Source: a virus (taxonomy: Duplodnaviria > Caudoviricetes). Taken from it: a stretch of 64,000 nucleotides of DNA. Position numbers and translations under genes: made by a program. A model generated the notes under the pieces. It searched no databases and was not told the origin of the DNA. It saw only the letters and a list, made by a program, of their open reading frames with translations. Positions 24,998 through 33,714 of this stretch are shown in pieces. The DNA is taken from IMG/VR virus record IMGVR_UViG_3300032216_002106, positions 12,059 to 76,058 of that record; one strand, written 5' to 3'. Position 1 is the first letter of the stretch, and every line of letters starts with the position of its first letter.

Positions 24998-25041
24998 CTG
25001 AGTGGGGGATTCGATCCCCCGGCATCACGCCTGGTACTCAG
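24998..25041 (-). ncRNA. Motif C-like tRNA-like junction, copy 3
   Basis: P1 CUGAGU/ACUCAG stacked on GGGGG-AUCGAAU-CCCCC; GGC/GCC hairpin. Confidence 0.6.
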
Positions 25042-25259
25042 AACGGAATATCAGCTTCAACCCAGGTGTGTTCACCTAATTGAAGCATCTCTTGTTCCCA
25101 GTCTTCAAATGTATTCAGGTATTCAAGTGCCTTAGCTTTATTGCTAAACCACTTCTCACACCCTCCAAAATACATTTCAGCAAAACTGGGATAACCTCCT
25201 TCAGACATTTCATCAGGCTTAATACCAACGTAGTACTCAGTTGCGTGTGCGATTGACAT
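25038..25259 (-). CDS. First gene of the early arm, acidic hypothetical protein
   Basis: 73-aa ORF ending EADIPF. Confidence 0.65.
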   Translation of the reverse strand: MSIAHATEYYVGIKPDEMSEGGYPSFAEMYFGGCEKWFSNKAKALEYLNTFEDWEQEMLQLGEHTWVEADIPF

Positions 25260-25274
25260 TTAATCGTGAGCTGT

Positions 25275-25302
25275 GCAGGTGCCCATCTCCTGCGGACTAG
25301 GC
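25275..25302 (-). ncRNA. Motif D leader, copy 2
   Basis: GCCUA-GUCC-GCAGG-AGAUGGGCA-CCUGC. Confidence 0.5.
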
Positions 25303-25304
25303 TG

Positions 25305-25335
25305 TGTCTGCGTTCTTAGGATGCGCAGCCCCCTA
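25305..25335 (-). ncRNA. Motif B leader, copy 4
   Basis: Loop CAUCCUAAGAA. Confidence 0.65.
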
Positions 25336-25385
25336 TCTATTACTGCCGCTAGAACCCTACTCTCGTACATGAACGAAAGCTACCG

Positions 25386-25394
25386 ATTCTAGCA
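25386..25394 (-). promoter_or_regulatory. Extended -10 promoter (TGCTAGAAT) for the early arm
   Basis: TGn-TAGAAT about 50 nt upstream of motif B copy 4. Confidence 0.45.
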
Positions 25395-25409
25395 CCACCT
25401 AACCTAGGA

Positions 25410-25427
25410 TGATACGAATTCGTATCA
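25410..25427. promoter_or_regulatory. Perfect 18-bp palindrome TGATACGAATTCGTATCA (operator-like)
   Basis: Self-complementary; overlaps the -35 zone of the putative early promoter. Confidence 0.55.
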
Positions 25428-25527
25428 CAAATGTTACAATATCCGAATTAAGATCAATAAAAAGATAAGATCTTATTCTCTCAACGGAGTCAAGCCTTCT
25501 TCATATACTTAACAAAGAAGCTAGCGC

Positions 25528-25615
25528 TTCTTACACACACACTCAAACGAAGCAGTTTCATATTACACTCCCAAGCGAAGCCGGGGTTTCTTACATATAC
25601 ACTCAAACGAAGCAG
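25528..25615. repeat. Three tandem repeats of about 30 bp (iteron-like)
   Basis: TTCTTACACACACACTCAAACGAAGCAG / TTTCATATTACACTCCCAAGCGAAGCCG / TTCTTACATATACACTCAAACGAAGCAG. Confidence 0.75.
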
Positions 25616-25812
25616 GTGTACCCTTGTCTACGCGCCCTACTCCCGCTGCCACTTCCCCTCCAACAATGGACCCATTACACCTTTCTTTTTTTTCTCCCCA
25701 CATTCGCTTTCCTCTACGAGGTGGGAGAACAGTCAGAAAATTTGCACCCCAATTCAGGGTTATATAGGGTGTTTTTGTATGTAAAATCCCTAATTAGCCC
25801 AAAAATTGACAC

Positions 25813-25837
25813 AAAAAAGCCGGGTTTTTAAGCCCGG
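25813..25837 (-). terminator. Rho-independent terminator
   Basis: CCGGG-CTTAAAAA-CCCGG followed by CTTTTTT, downstream of 25858..26085. Confidence 0.7.
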
Positions 25838-25857
25838 TAAGTTAAATTAAGTTTAAC

Positions 25858-26085
25858 TTAGTCAACTATAGGATCTGTTGCCTGTTGCCTCTTGTATTCT
25901 AATGCAAGTGATTTAGCTTTTCCGTAGTTTTCTTCTTCTGGAATTGTATAAGCAAGCCCTTTTTTAGCTTCTGTTACAAAATCACGTACTTCAAATGCAT
26001 CAGCACCTTCACTGGCAAGGTTCAAGGCTTTCTTTTGAATATTTTGTAGGCCTTTAATTCTTGATTCTCGTGCCTTAGGGTCCAT
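25858..26085 (-). CDS. Hypothetical protein
   Basis: 75-aa ORF with its own terminator. Confidence 0.7.
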   Translation of the reverse strand: MDPKARESRIKGLQNIQKKALNLASEGADAFEVRDFVTEAKKGLAYTIPEEENYGKAKSLALEYKRQQATDPIVD

Positions 26086-26176
26086 TTAGGCGTCTGATTA
26101 CTTTCTTTCTTTTATTGTAACCTAGATTATCAATATTAGAATATTTGTAAGATAAAAATAAAAGCTATAAGCCCTA

Positions 26177-28291
26177 ATGGCCCTTTCACCCGTTGATTTT
26201 TACGCCTATAGTCGCGCCACTGGGGCTCCAATCCCAGAAGATGCAGAAGAAAGGGCACGGATGGCGCCTGATGTATACAACTTTAGGCAGAATCAACTTA
26301 AGGCACCTGAACAAGGTCCTAACTATGGAGCAATTGCAGGGCTTGCTGCGTTAGGCCTAGGGCTTGCTGCTGGTGGCGTAGGTCTAGCACGTGCGTTTAA
26401 GGGACGTGCACCCCAAGCCGCAACAAAAGTAGTAGATCAAGAAGCAGTGCGTAGAGTTGCACAAGAAGCTGTACCACAATCCAAGGTTATTGTTAGCGCC
26501 CCAATGCGTCCAAAACAACCCAGTGAAATCAAACCGTTTAATCTTGCATATATTGAATCTACTGGCGCCGTTAAACCTACTCTTGACGTAGGTACACGTT
26601 TAAGTAATGCAGGCATTTCTTTAAGTGGTCCTTTAGATGAATTAGAAATTTCATCTAGAAATGGTGACTACCCTAGCCGACTTAATCATCCTTATTCAAA
26701 TCATCCAAAAGCATCCATCAGGCAAACAGCTCAACAAGAAGAGCAAATGGCACAAGCTCTTTTGCAAAAAGCAGGTGTAACACCAGAAGAAGCCAAATCT
26801 TACTGGAAGAATCAATTAGAACAATTTGAAGAAACAACTCCAGACCTTACAGCAGTTCAACAATCAGAAGCCCCTCAGCTTGCAGCGCAACAACATGCTG
26901 CTGTTGAATCAGGAGAAGATCAAACTACTGGTCGCTTTCAGCACATGCTTCAGCTGAATGAAGATCTTGACACCAGTCAAATTGATGTCATGGAAGCAAT
27001 GGCTGCACATCAATATCGTATGGGCATGGAACAAGATGAGCCAACTAGGCAACGCATGGTGCGTAGGCATGGACGTATGGTTGCATTGCCTGATGGCGTC
27101 CCTCATATTCAACAAGAAGATCCCGTTGCAGGCGCACAGAATTTCCTAACACAACGCCGCCTAGAACTACAAAAAGAAGGTTTATCTCCAGGACGTATTG
27201 AAAGAGAGTTACTAGAAGGACCTAATCAAACAACTTTAAAACAAGGACTTGAGTTGTTTGCATCGACAGGTGATCCAGCAGCAGCCGAGATGATCTCTGG
27301 TACTCCTTCCGTGCCTTTAGTTGTTAAGCCTTCAGTTCAACTAAAAACTCAAGGTGCAGAAGAAATTCCTACGGGGGAGTTTTTTGAAACCTGGAAAACC
27401 AGAGAATTAAATACTGGCAAATTAGAAGATAGAGACATACATTATACAAATCGTATTTCAATGTTGGGAGATAAACTGTTAAGTGTTCCGTCACATATTC
27501 CCAACCCAAAACATCAAGAGCTTTCTGAAACTGTATTAATGGCAGGTCATGCTTGGAAGCAAGGTGACCGCAGTGAAAGAGTTCGAGCAATAGGAACTAA
27601 TGCTAGTGAAGAGTTAAAAAAAGTTTCTGAATTTATTCCCAATCCTGAACACACTGCTTTAAGTGAAGAAATAGCTTTTGCTAATGCGCAAAGAAATGAT
27701 GTCAGAGCGCAAATTGCTGCTAAACAACGAGAGGTTACAGATTTTGCTAGTGTAATGAAATTAAAGAATTTAAAAGAAGGCGTACGTGATTTTGCTGAGG
27801 TAAACCCTGATACACAAGAAGTTATTATTAACGCACAAACAGGTCGTCCTACGGTTGAAGTAAGACCAGGAAGACCTTCTCTGCCAGCAGGTACTGTAGA
27901 AAAAGCTGCTTCTGGAACATCAATTCGAGGAGTTGGTGGTGCGTCCGGAACAGGACTTGGTAGCGCTCCCGGTGTTTATGAGCCAGGTGCAGTTCTATCT
28001 GATGTAATCATTGAAAACGGGGAAGAAACATATAAACCAGTTATGTGGCAAGAGGGGACACATCCTTTAAGCCTACGCACTCCAGAAGGTTATGTGTATT
28101 CTGAAGCAGCAACACAACGTCCAACAGCAACGCAAGGAAAACGTTTTCAAACCCATCCCCTTGGAACCAAGCCTCCAGAAGTTGCGCGTCGTTCTGTTGA
28201 TGTAGCCAGTGAAATACGTAGGCTACAATCAAGTAACAGACCAGGTGCTCAGCAACAATTACAACAATTTATCCAAGGACTAAGAGGTTAA
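26177..28291 (+). CDS. Large hypothetical protein, first gene of the late arm (possible internal virion protein)
   Basis: 704 aa, Q/E/A-rich; N-terminal hydrophobic GAIAGLAALGLGLAAGG. Confidence 0.8.
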   Translation: MALSPVDFYAYSRATGAPIPEDAEERARMAPDVYNFRQNQLKAPEQGPNYGAIAGLAALGLGLAAGGVGLARAFKGRAPQAATKVVDQEAVRRVAQEAVPQSKVIVSAPMRPKQPSEIKPFNLAYIESTGAVKPTLDVGTRLSNAGISLSGPLDELEISSRNGDYPSRLNHPYSNHPKASIRQTAQQEEQMAQALLQKAGVTPEEAKSYWKNQLEQFEETTPDLTAVQQSEAPQLAAQQHAAVESGEDQTTGRFQHMLQLNEDLDTSQIDVMEAMAAHQYRMGMEQDEPTRQRMVRRHGRMVALPDGVPHIQQEDPVAGAQNFLTQRRLELQKEGLSPGRIERELLEGPNQTTLKQGLELFASTGDPAAAEMISGTPSVPLVVKPSVQLKTQGAEEIPTGEFFETWKTRELNTGKLEDRDIHYTNRISMLGDKLLSVPSHIPNPKHQELSETVLMAGHAWKQGDRSERVRAIGTNASEELKKVSEFIPNPEHTALSEEIAFANAQRNDVRAQIAAKQREVTDFASVMKLKNLKEGVRDFAEVNPDTQEVIINAQTGRPTVEVRPGRPSLPAGTVEKAASGTSIRGVGGASGTGLGSAPGVYEPGAVLSDVIIENGEETYKPVMWQEGTHPLSLRTPEGYVYSEAATQRPTATQGKRFQTHPLGTKPPEVARRSVDVASEIRRLQSSNRPGAQQQLQQFIQGLRG

Positions 28292-28294
28292 GCC

Positions 28295-28519
28295 ATGGCA
28301 GACAAGAAGAAAGATAAAAAATTTATCCAAGATATGGATATGAAAGAAGGGGCGTTTACAGCTAAGGCCAAGAAGCGTGGCATCACAACTGCCCAGCTTC
28401 AGGAGAACGTGCTTTCTAGCCCTGACAAGTATGATGAAAAAACAGTAAAACAAGCCAACTTGCGTAAAACTTTGGTAAAGTTAAACAAGCATAAAAAAGA
28501 GAAGGCTGATAATGGCTAA
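28295..28519 (+). CDS. Small basic protein
   Basis: KEGAFTAKAK...KQANLRKTL. Confidence 0.7.
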   Translation: MADKKKDKKFIQDMDMKEGAFTAKAKKRGITTAQLQENVLSSPDKYDEKTVKQANLRKTLVKLNKHKKEKADNG

Positions 28520-29153
28520 AGACTATCGCCTTGATCTTGGGCGCTACATAACAAATCCATTTCATAGAGGAGGCTATGAACATAAGAAGCTTTCTTTTGA
28601 TGATTTATTTCGGACTACATCACGGAGCAATAAAACTCCCTGGACGCCATCACGATTTACTGAAGAAGATCTACTGAATCGAGTCAAAACAAAACAACTT
28701 AATTTAAACCCAGATCTTAACTTTATTTCCAACTCACCTTTCTTTGATGACAACACAGAAGTCAACAATAATTATGAATTGTTTAAGGGACTAGGGCGAT
28801 TTAAGCGTAGAGAAGATTATGACTTTGTGGCAGGCCGCGCAAAAACAACTCAACGCCCACAAGATCAGCCTGACTTTCAACCTCTTTGGGTTGATGCATA
28901 CAAACTAAGTCCTACGTTGTCTCCCGATAAGCGGGCCAAGAATCCAATGCCAACAATGTCTAACCCTGATCCACGGGGCTTCTTGATGGTTGTTGCAGAA
29001 AATCGCGCTAAAGACGAGGCAGAAGGTAAAAAGAGTATTGCTGAATTGTTGCCATCTAAACAAACAAATGCTGCTATCAGAAAAGAACAACAAGCAGGTA
29101 AAGAAACAACACTTGAAGAAAATAAGCTTCCCCTGGAGCCCGGCCAAAAATAG
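28512..29153 (+). CDS. Hypothetical protein
   Basis: 213-aa ORF. Confidence 0.7.
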   Translation: MAKDYRLDLGRYITNPFHRGGYEHKKLSFDDLFRTTSRSNKTPWTPSRFTEEDLLNRVKTKQLNLNPDLNFISNSPFFDDNTEVNNNYELFKGLGRFKRREDYDFVAGRAKTTQRPQDQPDFQPLWVDAYKLSPTLSPDKRAKNPMPTMSNPDPRGFLMVVAENRAKDEAEGKKSIAELLPSKQTNAAIRKEQQAGKETTLEENKLPLEPGQK

Positions 29154-29189
29154 TTCGTATAAAATAAAGGTAATACAGAATAAATAAAA

Positions 29190-29774
29190 GTGTTAGGCGA
29201 AATAGCAAAACTAGCTGGTAGATATCTTCGTAAGGGAGGCACCATTAGGGAAGTAGCAAAAGATGTTGGCATTCAATCAGGCATCTCTGGGTTACTTGGA
29301 ACTTTAGCCGGTGGTCCTGGTGCAGGGCTTGCTTATGCCGCTGGTGATTTTGCAACCAATCTACCTCTAGTTGCTGGAGCTAGGAAATTGTTCCCTGGTA
29401 CCAAGGGGACATTAATGGTAAAAGATGCAACAGGTAAGTTGGTTTCTAAGCCATATACAACTCCTTCTGCAATAGAACAAGGTGTAAATCTTGGTGCTTC
29501 TTTGCTATCACCCGTAGCTGTTGATATGGTTACAGGTGGACGTTTGTTGCCGCAGTTAGAGCCTACCAATATCTCTCAAGAGCAACAGCTGTATCAGCAA
29601 GGAGTTCAGTTTCAAAATATAAATCATGGTGCAACACAAGCCTTAGCACAAGGAACAAGATTTCAATTGCAAGGGTTGCCTGAAAGGGTTACAAATATGC
29701 CAGTACCAGGCATAGAACTTTTACCTGAACAACAGCAGTACTTAGCTCAACAAATGAGTCATCTACAAGCGTAG
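29190..29774 (+). CDS. Gly/Ala-rich protein, putative virion/ejection protein
   Basis: 194 aa; hydrophobic glycine-zipper-like segments. Confidence 0.7.
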   Translation: MLGEIAKLAGRYLRKGGTIREVAKDVGIQSGISGLLGTLAGGPGAGLAYAAGDFATNLPLVAGARKLFPGTKGTLMVKDATGKLVSKPYTTPSAIEQGVNLGASLLSPVAVDMVTGGRLLPQLEPTNISQEQQLYQQGVQFQNINHGATQALAQGTRFQLQGLPERVTNMPVPGIELLPEQQQYLAQQMSHLQA

Positions 29775-29776
29775 TC

Positions 29777-30730
29777 ATGGGAATTATTACACAAGCTCAA
29801 GATCTGTTAAGTGCAGGCAAAAAGGGCTATGCAAAGGGTTCTCGTGTGCAAGCCGAAATGGTGGCAACACACAAGAAGCCGGATGGGCGTATTACCGGCA
29901 GTTATGGACAAAGTGTCTTATCGCCTGAGTTCAATCAACGTCTTGCAGGAAAAGGTGTTACGGCCCAGGAAACACCAATGCAGTTTCTTGGGGCATATAC
30001 GTCACGTCTTATTGTAGATCTTGCCAATGACGGCACACGCACCTATTGGTGGCGATATAACCACCCACTAGCCATCGCACAAAGAGCCTCTGACATGGTC
30101 CTAGATGCGGCAGGGATGCCTCGTCACCCGGTCACGCGCTCATTGATTGGTTTAGGCATCGGCTTGCCTGCTATTGCTTCTGCTGGCACCTACGACATTA
30201 CTAATCCAGAAGAACAGTTTAGACCAAAAGGCTTTACGCAAACGTACGCAGAAGAAGGTTCAGAAGATCGTAGGCAATCAACTCAACCAGCGCAAGAATT
30301 ATTTGAACGTTTCTTCCTTGGTAGAACAGGTCGTCCCCTTAAGTACGAGACAGCAAAAGAAGATATTCCCAATCTAACGCCTGAGCGTTATACCAATTAC
30401 TTACAATACACATACCAAGATAAAGGTTTTCTTAATCTTGGTATTGTCAAAGGTACTATGGAGAACTTGCAAGGAGTTCCTGAAGTTCGTTTGTTGGGTT
30501 TTCCAGCAACCATCCCAATGGCAGGAGGATTTGGAGCTGGTACTGTAGGAGCCGTACTAGGGGCAAAAACAGCACCCAGAGGAAAAGTTGCAGGACGCAG
30601 TATTATTGGTGGTGCGCTTGGCTCTGCATTAGGTGTAGCAATAGGTAATGCTGTTAATGAAACAATTGCTGCAGCTAATAGACAAAAATTACCTAGGCTT
30701 ACAGAGTATCAACAACAAGATAATATCTGA
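29777..30730 (+). CDS. Putative virion/ejection protein
   Basis: 317 aa; C-terminal glycine-zipper-like GGALGSALGVAIG. Confidence 0.7.
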   Translation: MGIITQAQDLLSAGKKGYAKGSRVQAEMVATHKKPDGRITGSYGQSVLSPEFNQRLAGKGVTAQETPMQFLGAYTSRLIVDLANDGTRTYWWRYNHPLAIAQRASDMVLDAAGMPRHPVTRSLIGLGIGLPAIASAGTYDITNPEEQFRPKGFTQTYAEEGSEDRRQSTQPAQELFERFFLGRTGRPLKYETAKEDIPNLTPERYTNYLQYTYQDKGFLNLGIVKGTMENLQGVPEVRLLGFPATIPMAGGFGAGTVGAVLGAKTAPRGKVAGRSIIGGALGSALGVAIGNAVNETIAAANRQKLPRLTEYQQQDNI

Positions 30731-30767
30731 TAGAATTTAACTATATAAATAAATGATTTAAAAATAA

Positions 30768-31730
30768 ATGGCGTTAACTCCTCAACAAATAGCTGCTTTA
30801 TCAGGGGAAGACCCCTCAGCTTATTATGGAACTGATCTAGCGCGTCTGGCGCAAGCACGAGCTGGTTTAATTCCAGCTGAATCTATTGCTCCAATAGGCG
30901 CTACAACAATCACTCCAGGAGTAGGAACACCTAATCCTCAAGATTTTCTTGCGGACGCACGTAAAAGAGTTCAGAATGTAATGCAGGGGGGAAGCGAAAA
31001 AGTAAATGCCCTGCGTCAGTCTCAGGCAGCTCAAGCTATAAAAGGCCGTGCTGGCATGATCGGCTCAAGTGCCGCTGGTCTTGGTGTCGCTGTTAATCAA
31101 CTTGGACAGCAACAACCACTAGGTGCCGTTGCTTCTCTTGGCGGCAGTGCTATTGGTGGCAAGATCGGCGCAGGTCTTGGTGGCCGCTTTGGTCCTGCAG
31201 GTAGAGCCATTGGTGGTTTTATTGGTACTGGCATTGGCGGTCTTATGGCCGGTGAAGGTGCTGAGATGGTTAAGGCTGCCGTTACAGGTGCAGGTAAAGG
31301 AACGTCTCCTGGTGGCACGGAAGCACCTGCCTATATCCCTGGCACCAACATCCCCCTGAATGACTCAGCACGTTTCTTGTCAATGCAAGGTGCATTGCAG
31401 AATCAACAGCTTGACTTGTATAAAGGCTACAGTGCAACCGATAGGGCGGGGATGAAAGATATTATTTCACATAATATGCAAGCACAGGTTCAGCTCACCA
31501 AGTCTTTGCAGCCCGTAATTGAACAAGCTAAGACCAACGATCAAGTTCGTACGCAGGCCTTGATGAACACCCAGGGTAATATTGAAGCACGTCTTGGTGT
31601 ACTTGCAACACAAGGAGCCCTGGCTAAGGGAGCCCAAGCTGAAGCTGGCGCACTAGCAAGAACATTTGCTGGCAGCAACCCTTATGCACAATTTGCTGTT
31701 CGTCAATCACCTAACATCCAGTTTGGTTAA
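30768..31730 (+). CDS. Glycine-zipper protein, putative ejection protein
   Basis: GGKIGAGLGGRFGPAGRAIGGFIGTGIGG. Confidence 0.7.
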   Translation: MALTPQQIAALSGEDPSAYYGTDLARLAQARAGLIPAESIAPIGATTITPGVGTPNPQDFLADARKRVQNVMQGGSEKVNALRQSQAAQAIKGRAGMIGSSAAGLGVAVNQLGQQQPLGAVASLGGSAIGGKIGAGLGGRFGPAGRAIGGFIGTGIGGLMAGEGAEMVKAAVTGAGKGTSPGGTEAPAYIPGTNIPLNDSARFLSMQGALQNQQLDLYKGYSATDRAGMKDIISHNMQAQVQLTKSLQPVIEQAKTNDQVRTQALMNTQGNIEARLGVLATQGALAKGAQAEAGALARTFAGSNPYAQFAVRQSPNIQFG

Positions 31731-31732
31731 TC

Positions 31733-32224
31733 ATGGCAATGTCTTTCCCTGGTGCAATGTTTAACTTAAGTCCTGGTCAATTGACACAGGCATTTGCGCC
31801 TGTTAATAAAAATCTTTTTAGTGAAAGAACAATAGAAGAAGCGCCTGTTACTTCCGGAATTCCACAAGGAGTAGATCCTACTATTGCTTATATTTTTGAA
31901 AAAAATAAACCCAGAAGTCAAGCGTCTGAATTAAAAGAATTAATTCCATTTATTAATCAATTAGATGAAGCCAGAGCAGAAAGAGCAACAAAATTAGCAA
32001 GACAAAAACTAGGGGATGAAGCATTAATATCAGGAATTGGCGCACTAGCCAAGGGTGTAGAAACTTCTATTGCTGGGGGCAGTCCTGAAATGCTTGCTTT
32101 CTTGGCACAAGCACCCATGCGAAACGCCAGTTCTTATATACAAGGCCTTGGGGTTTACCCACGCCAAGAAATTCCGATGTTATCTACTCAGCCAATAACA
32201 CCTAATCGGAAGTATTTTGCCTAG
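31733..32224 (+). CDS. Hypothetical virion-region protein
   Basis: 163-aa ORF in operon. Confidence 0.65.
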   Translation: MAMSFPGAMFNLSPGQLTQAFAPVNKNLFSERTIEEAPVTSGIPQGVDPTIAYIFEKNKPRSQASELKELIPFINQLDEARAERATKLARQKLGDEALISGIGALAKGVETSIAGGSPEMLAFLAQAPMRNASSYIQGLGVYPRQEIPMLSTQPITPNRKYFA

Positions 32225-32226
32225 CC

Positions 32227-32802
32227 ATGGCTTTTGGTTTAGGTGGAAGTTGGAATGGTAGCTGGAGTGGCGCTGGTGACTCTGGATTGGGTAATTGGTC
32301 TACAATGGGTGGAGGTAACAAAAGTAGTGGAGGTGCAATGTTTGATCCAATATCGTTAGGTGTACTGGTCGCCGGTCAAGTTGGCAGTAGTTTTTTAACA
32401 GGTCAAGCCAATCAAAATGCTGCTAGGGAGCAGAAGAAAGCAGCTAAAGACCAGGCCATGTGGAGCATGCTTGGCACAATGCAATCTGCCAACGATGCAA
32501 GAGCCGCCAGATCAGCAGCCCAAGCTACTAATATTTTTGGGCAGCTAGCAGGCCCTTTATTTGGGACACCGATAGATTATGGTTGGCAGCGAGCAGCAAA
32601 AGAAGAAGACATGCAACGATTTATGCCGATGCAATTTGCAATGCAAAGGCAAGAAAATCGTTTAGGTGAAGAAGAAGAGCAAACACCTTTATTTAGAGGC
32701 GGTAGACAAAAAGAAGCATATGAAAATAGACTAGCTGGTAGGTATGCCGCTGCATTACCTGCAATGACCCAATGGGGTTCATTTAACTTACCCACAGCAT
32801 AG
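32227..32802 (+). CDS. Putative internal virion (pilot-like) protein
   Basis: MFDPISLGVLVAGQVGSSFL...QNAAREQKKAA resembles podovirus internal protein N-termini. Confidence 0.6.
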   Translation: MAFGLGGSWNGSWSGAGDSGLGNWSTMGGGNKSSGGAMFDPISLGVLVAGQVGSSFLTGQANQNAAREQKKAAKDQAMWSMLGTMQSANDARAARSAAQATNIFGQLAGPLFGTPIDYGWQRAAKEEDMQRFMPMQFAMQRQENRLGEEEEQTPLFRGGRQKEAYENRLAGRYAAALPAMTQWGSFNLPTA

Positions 32803-32812
32803 GAGATAAATT

Positions 32813-33712
32813 ATGGGATTTGATTTTGGCAGCTTCATCATGATGAGCATGATGAATGATCAGGCAGCACAAACAAGACAAGATAATGCAGCTGATAGAG
32901 CTTTTAGTCAGGGGCTAATAAACCAAGCACAAATAAAAGCAGATGCTGCAGAAAAACGTTTGGCTGATCAAGCAGCCGAACGCAAAACGGGTGGAATAGC
33001 TGGTAAACCTACTTATATTGCCAATGTCCAAAGACGTTTAGAACAAGGTCTGATAGGTGAAGAAACAGCGCAAAAACTAATAGAAGATTACAACACTAAG
33101 TATGATCTTGCGCCAGATGTAAATGATTACACAGGTATAACTGACGCTTATTCAAAATTTGCCCCTAAGCAACAAGAAGTCCAGCTAAGTTCAGCTTACC
33201 AAAATCTTTTGGGGCGCCCGATCACAGCAGCCGAACTTACTGCAGGCCAGTCCAAGATGAGCCTGGGGCGTACCATTGGCGATATAGAAAAAGATATAGA
33301 AGCTAGTTCAGAATACAAGAAAGCGCGTCCAGGGAGCGCCTTTGAGGCAGAGCAGGAGGCTAGATATGGTGGCCCTGTGCTTGATGCAACAGGAGCACGT
33401 ACTGGTAAATATAAGTTTAATTTTGGCACTGGTACTTTACCTCAGCTGTCTGCTGACTTAACCAGTAAAACAGGAATTACAGCCCCTGGTTTTATTGGTA
33501 AAGATTTTACTGGATCAGCAGAAGAAATTGAAGCTGCTAAAAATTCTAAAAATAACTACGAAACATTCATGTATAATTCAGGGTTAAAATCTTTGGAGGG
33601 TAATATTCAAACTGAGCTAACCAAATTACAAACTGAAGGGCAAATAAAGGTTGGCAAACAACAAGAACAATATGGCTTACTGAAGGGTCTTGTGGGAGCA
33701 TTTAGTTTTTAA
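32813..33712 (+). CDS. Virion-region protein with DUF4214-like motif
   Basis: LSSAYQNLLGRPITAAEL. Confidence 0.65.
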   Translation: MGFDFGSFIMMSMMNDQAAQTRQDNAADRAFSQGLINQAQIKADAAEKRLADQAAERKTGGIAGKPTYIANVQRRLEQGLIGEETAQKLIEDYNTKYDLAPDVNDYTGITDAYSKFAPKQQEVQLSSAYQNLLGRPITAAELTAGQSKMSLGRTIGDIEKDIEASSEYKKARPGSAFEAEQEARYGGPVLDATGARTGKYKFNFGTGTLPQLSADLTSKTGITAPGFIGKDFTGSAEEIEAAKNSKNNYETFMYNSGLKSLEGNIQTELTKLQTEGQIKVGKQQEQYGLLKGLVGAFSF

Positions 33713-33714
33713 CA

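Noticed and set aside
24998-25041. tRNA gene
   Set aside because: Only three stems, no anticodon/D-arm pair and no CCA; kept as a tRNA-like element
25410-25440. NtcA or CRP site
   Set aside because: Half-site spacing does not match GTA-N8-TAC or TGTGA-N6-TCACA
25528-25615. 30-bp repeats as a mini-CRISPR array
   Set aside because: Repeats are contiguous with no spacers
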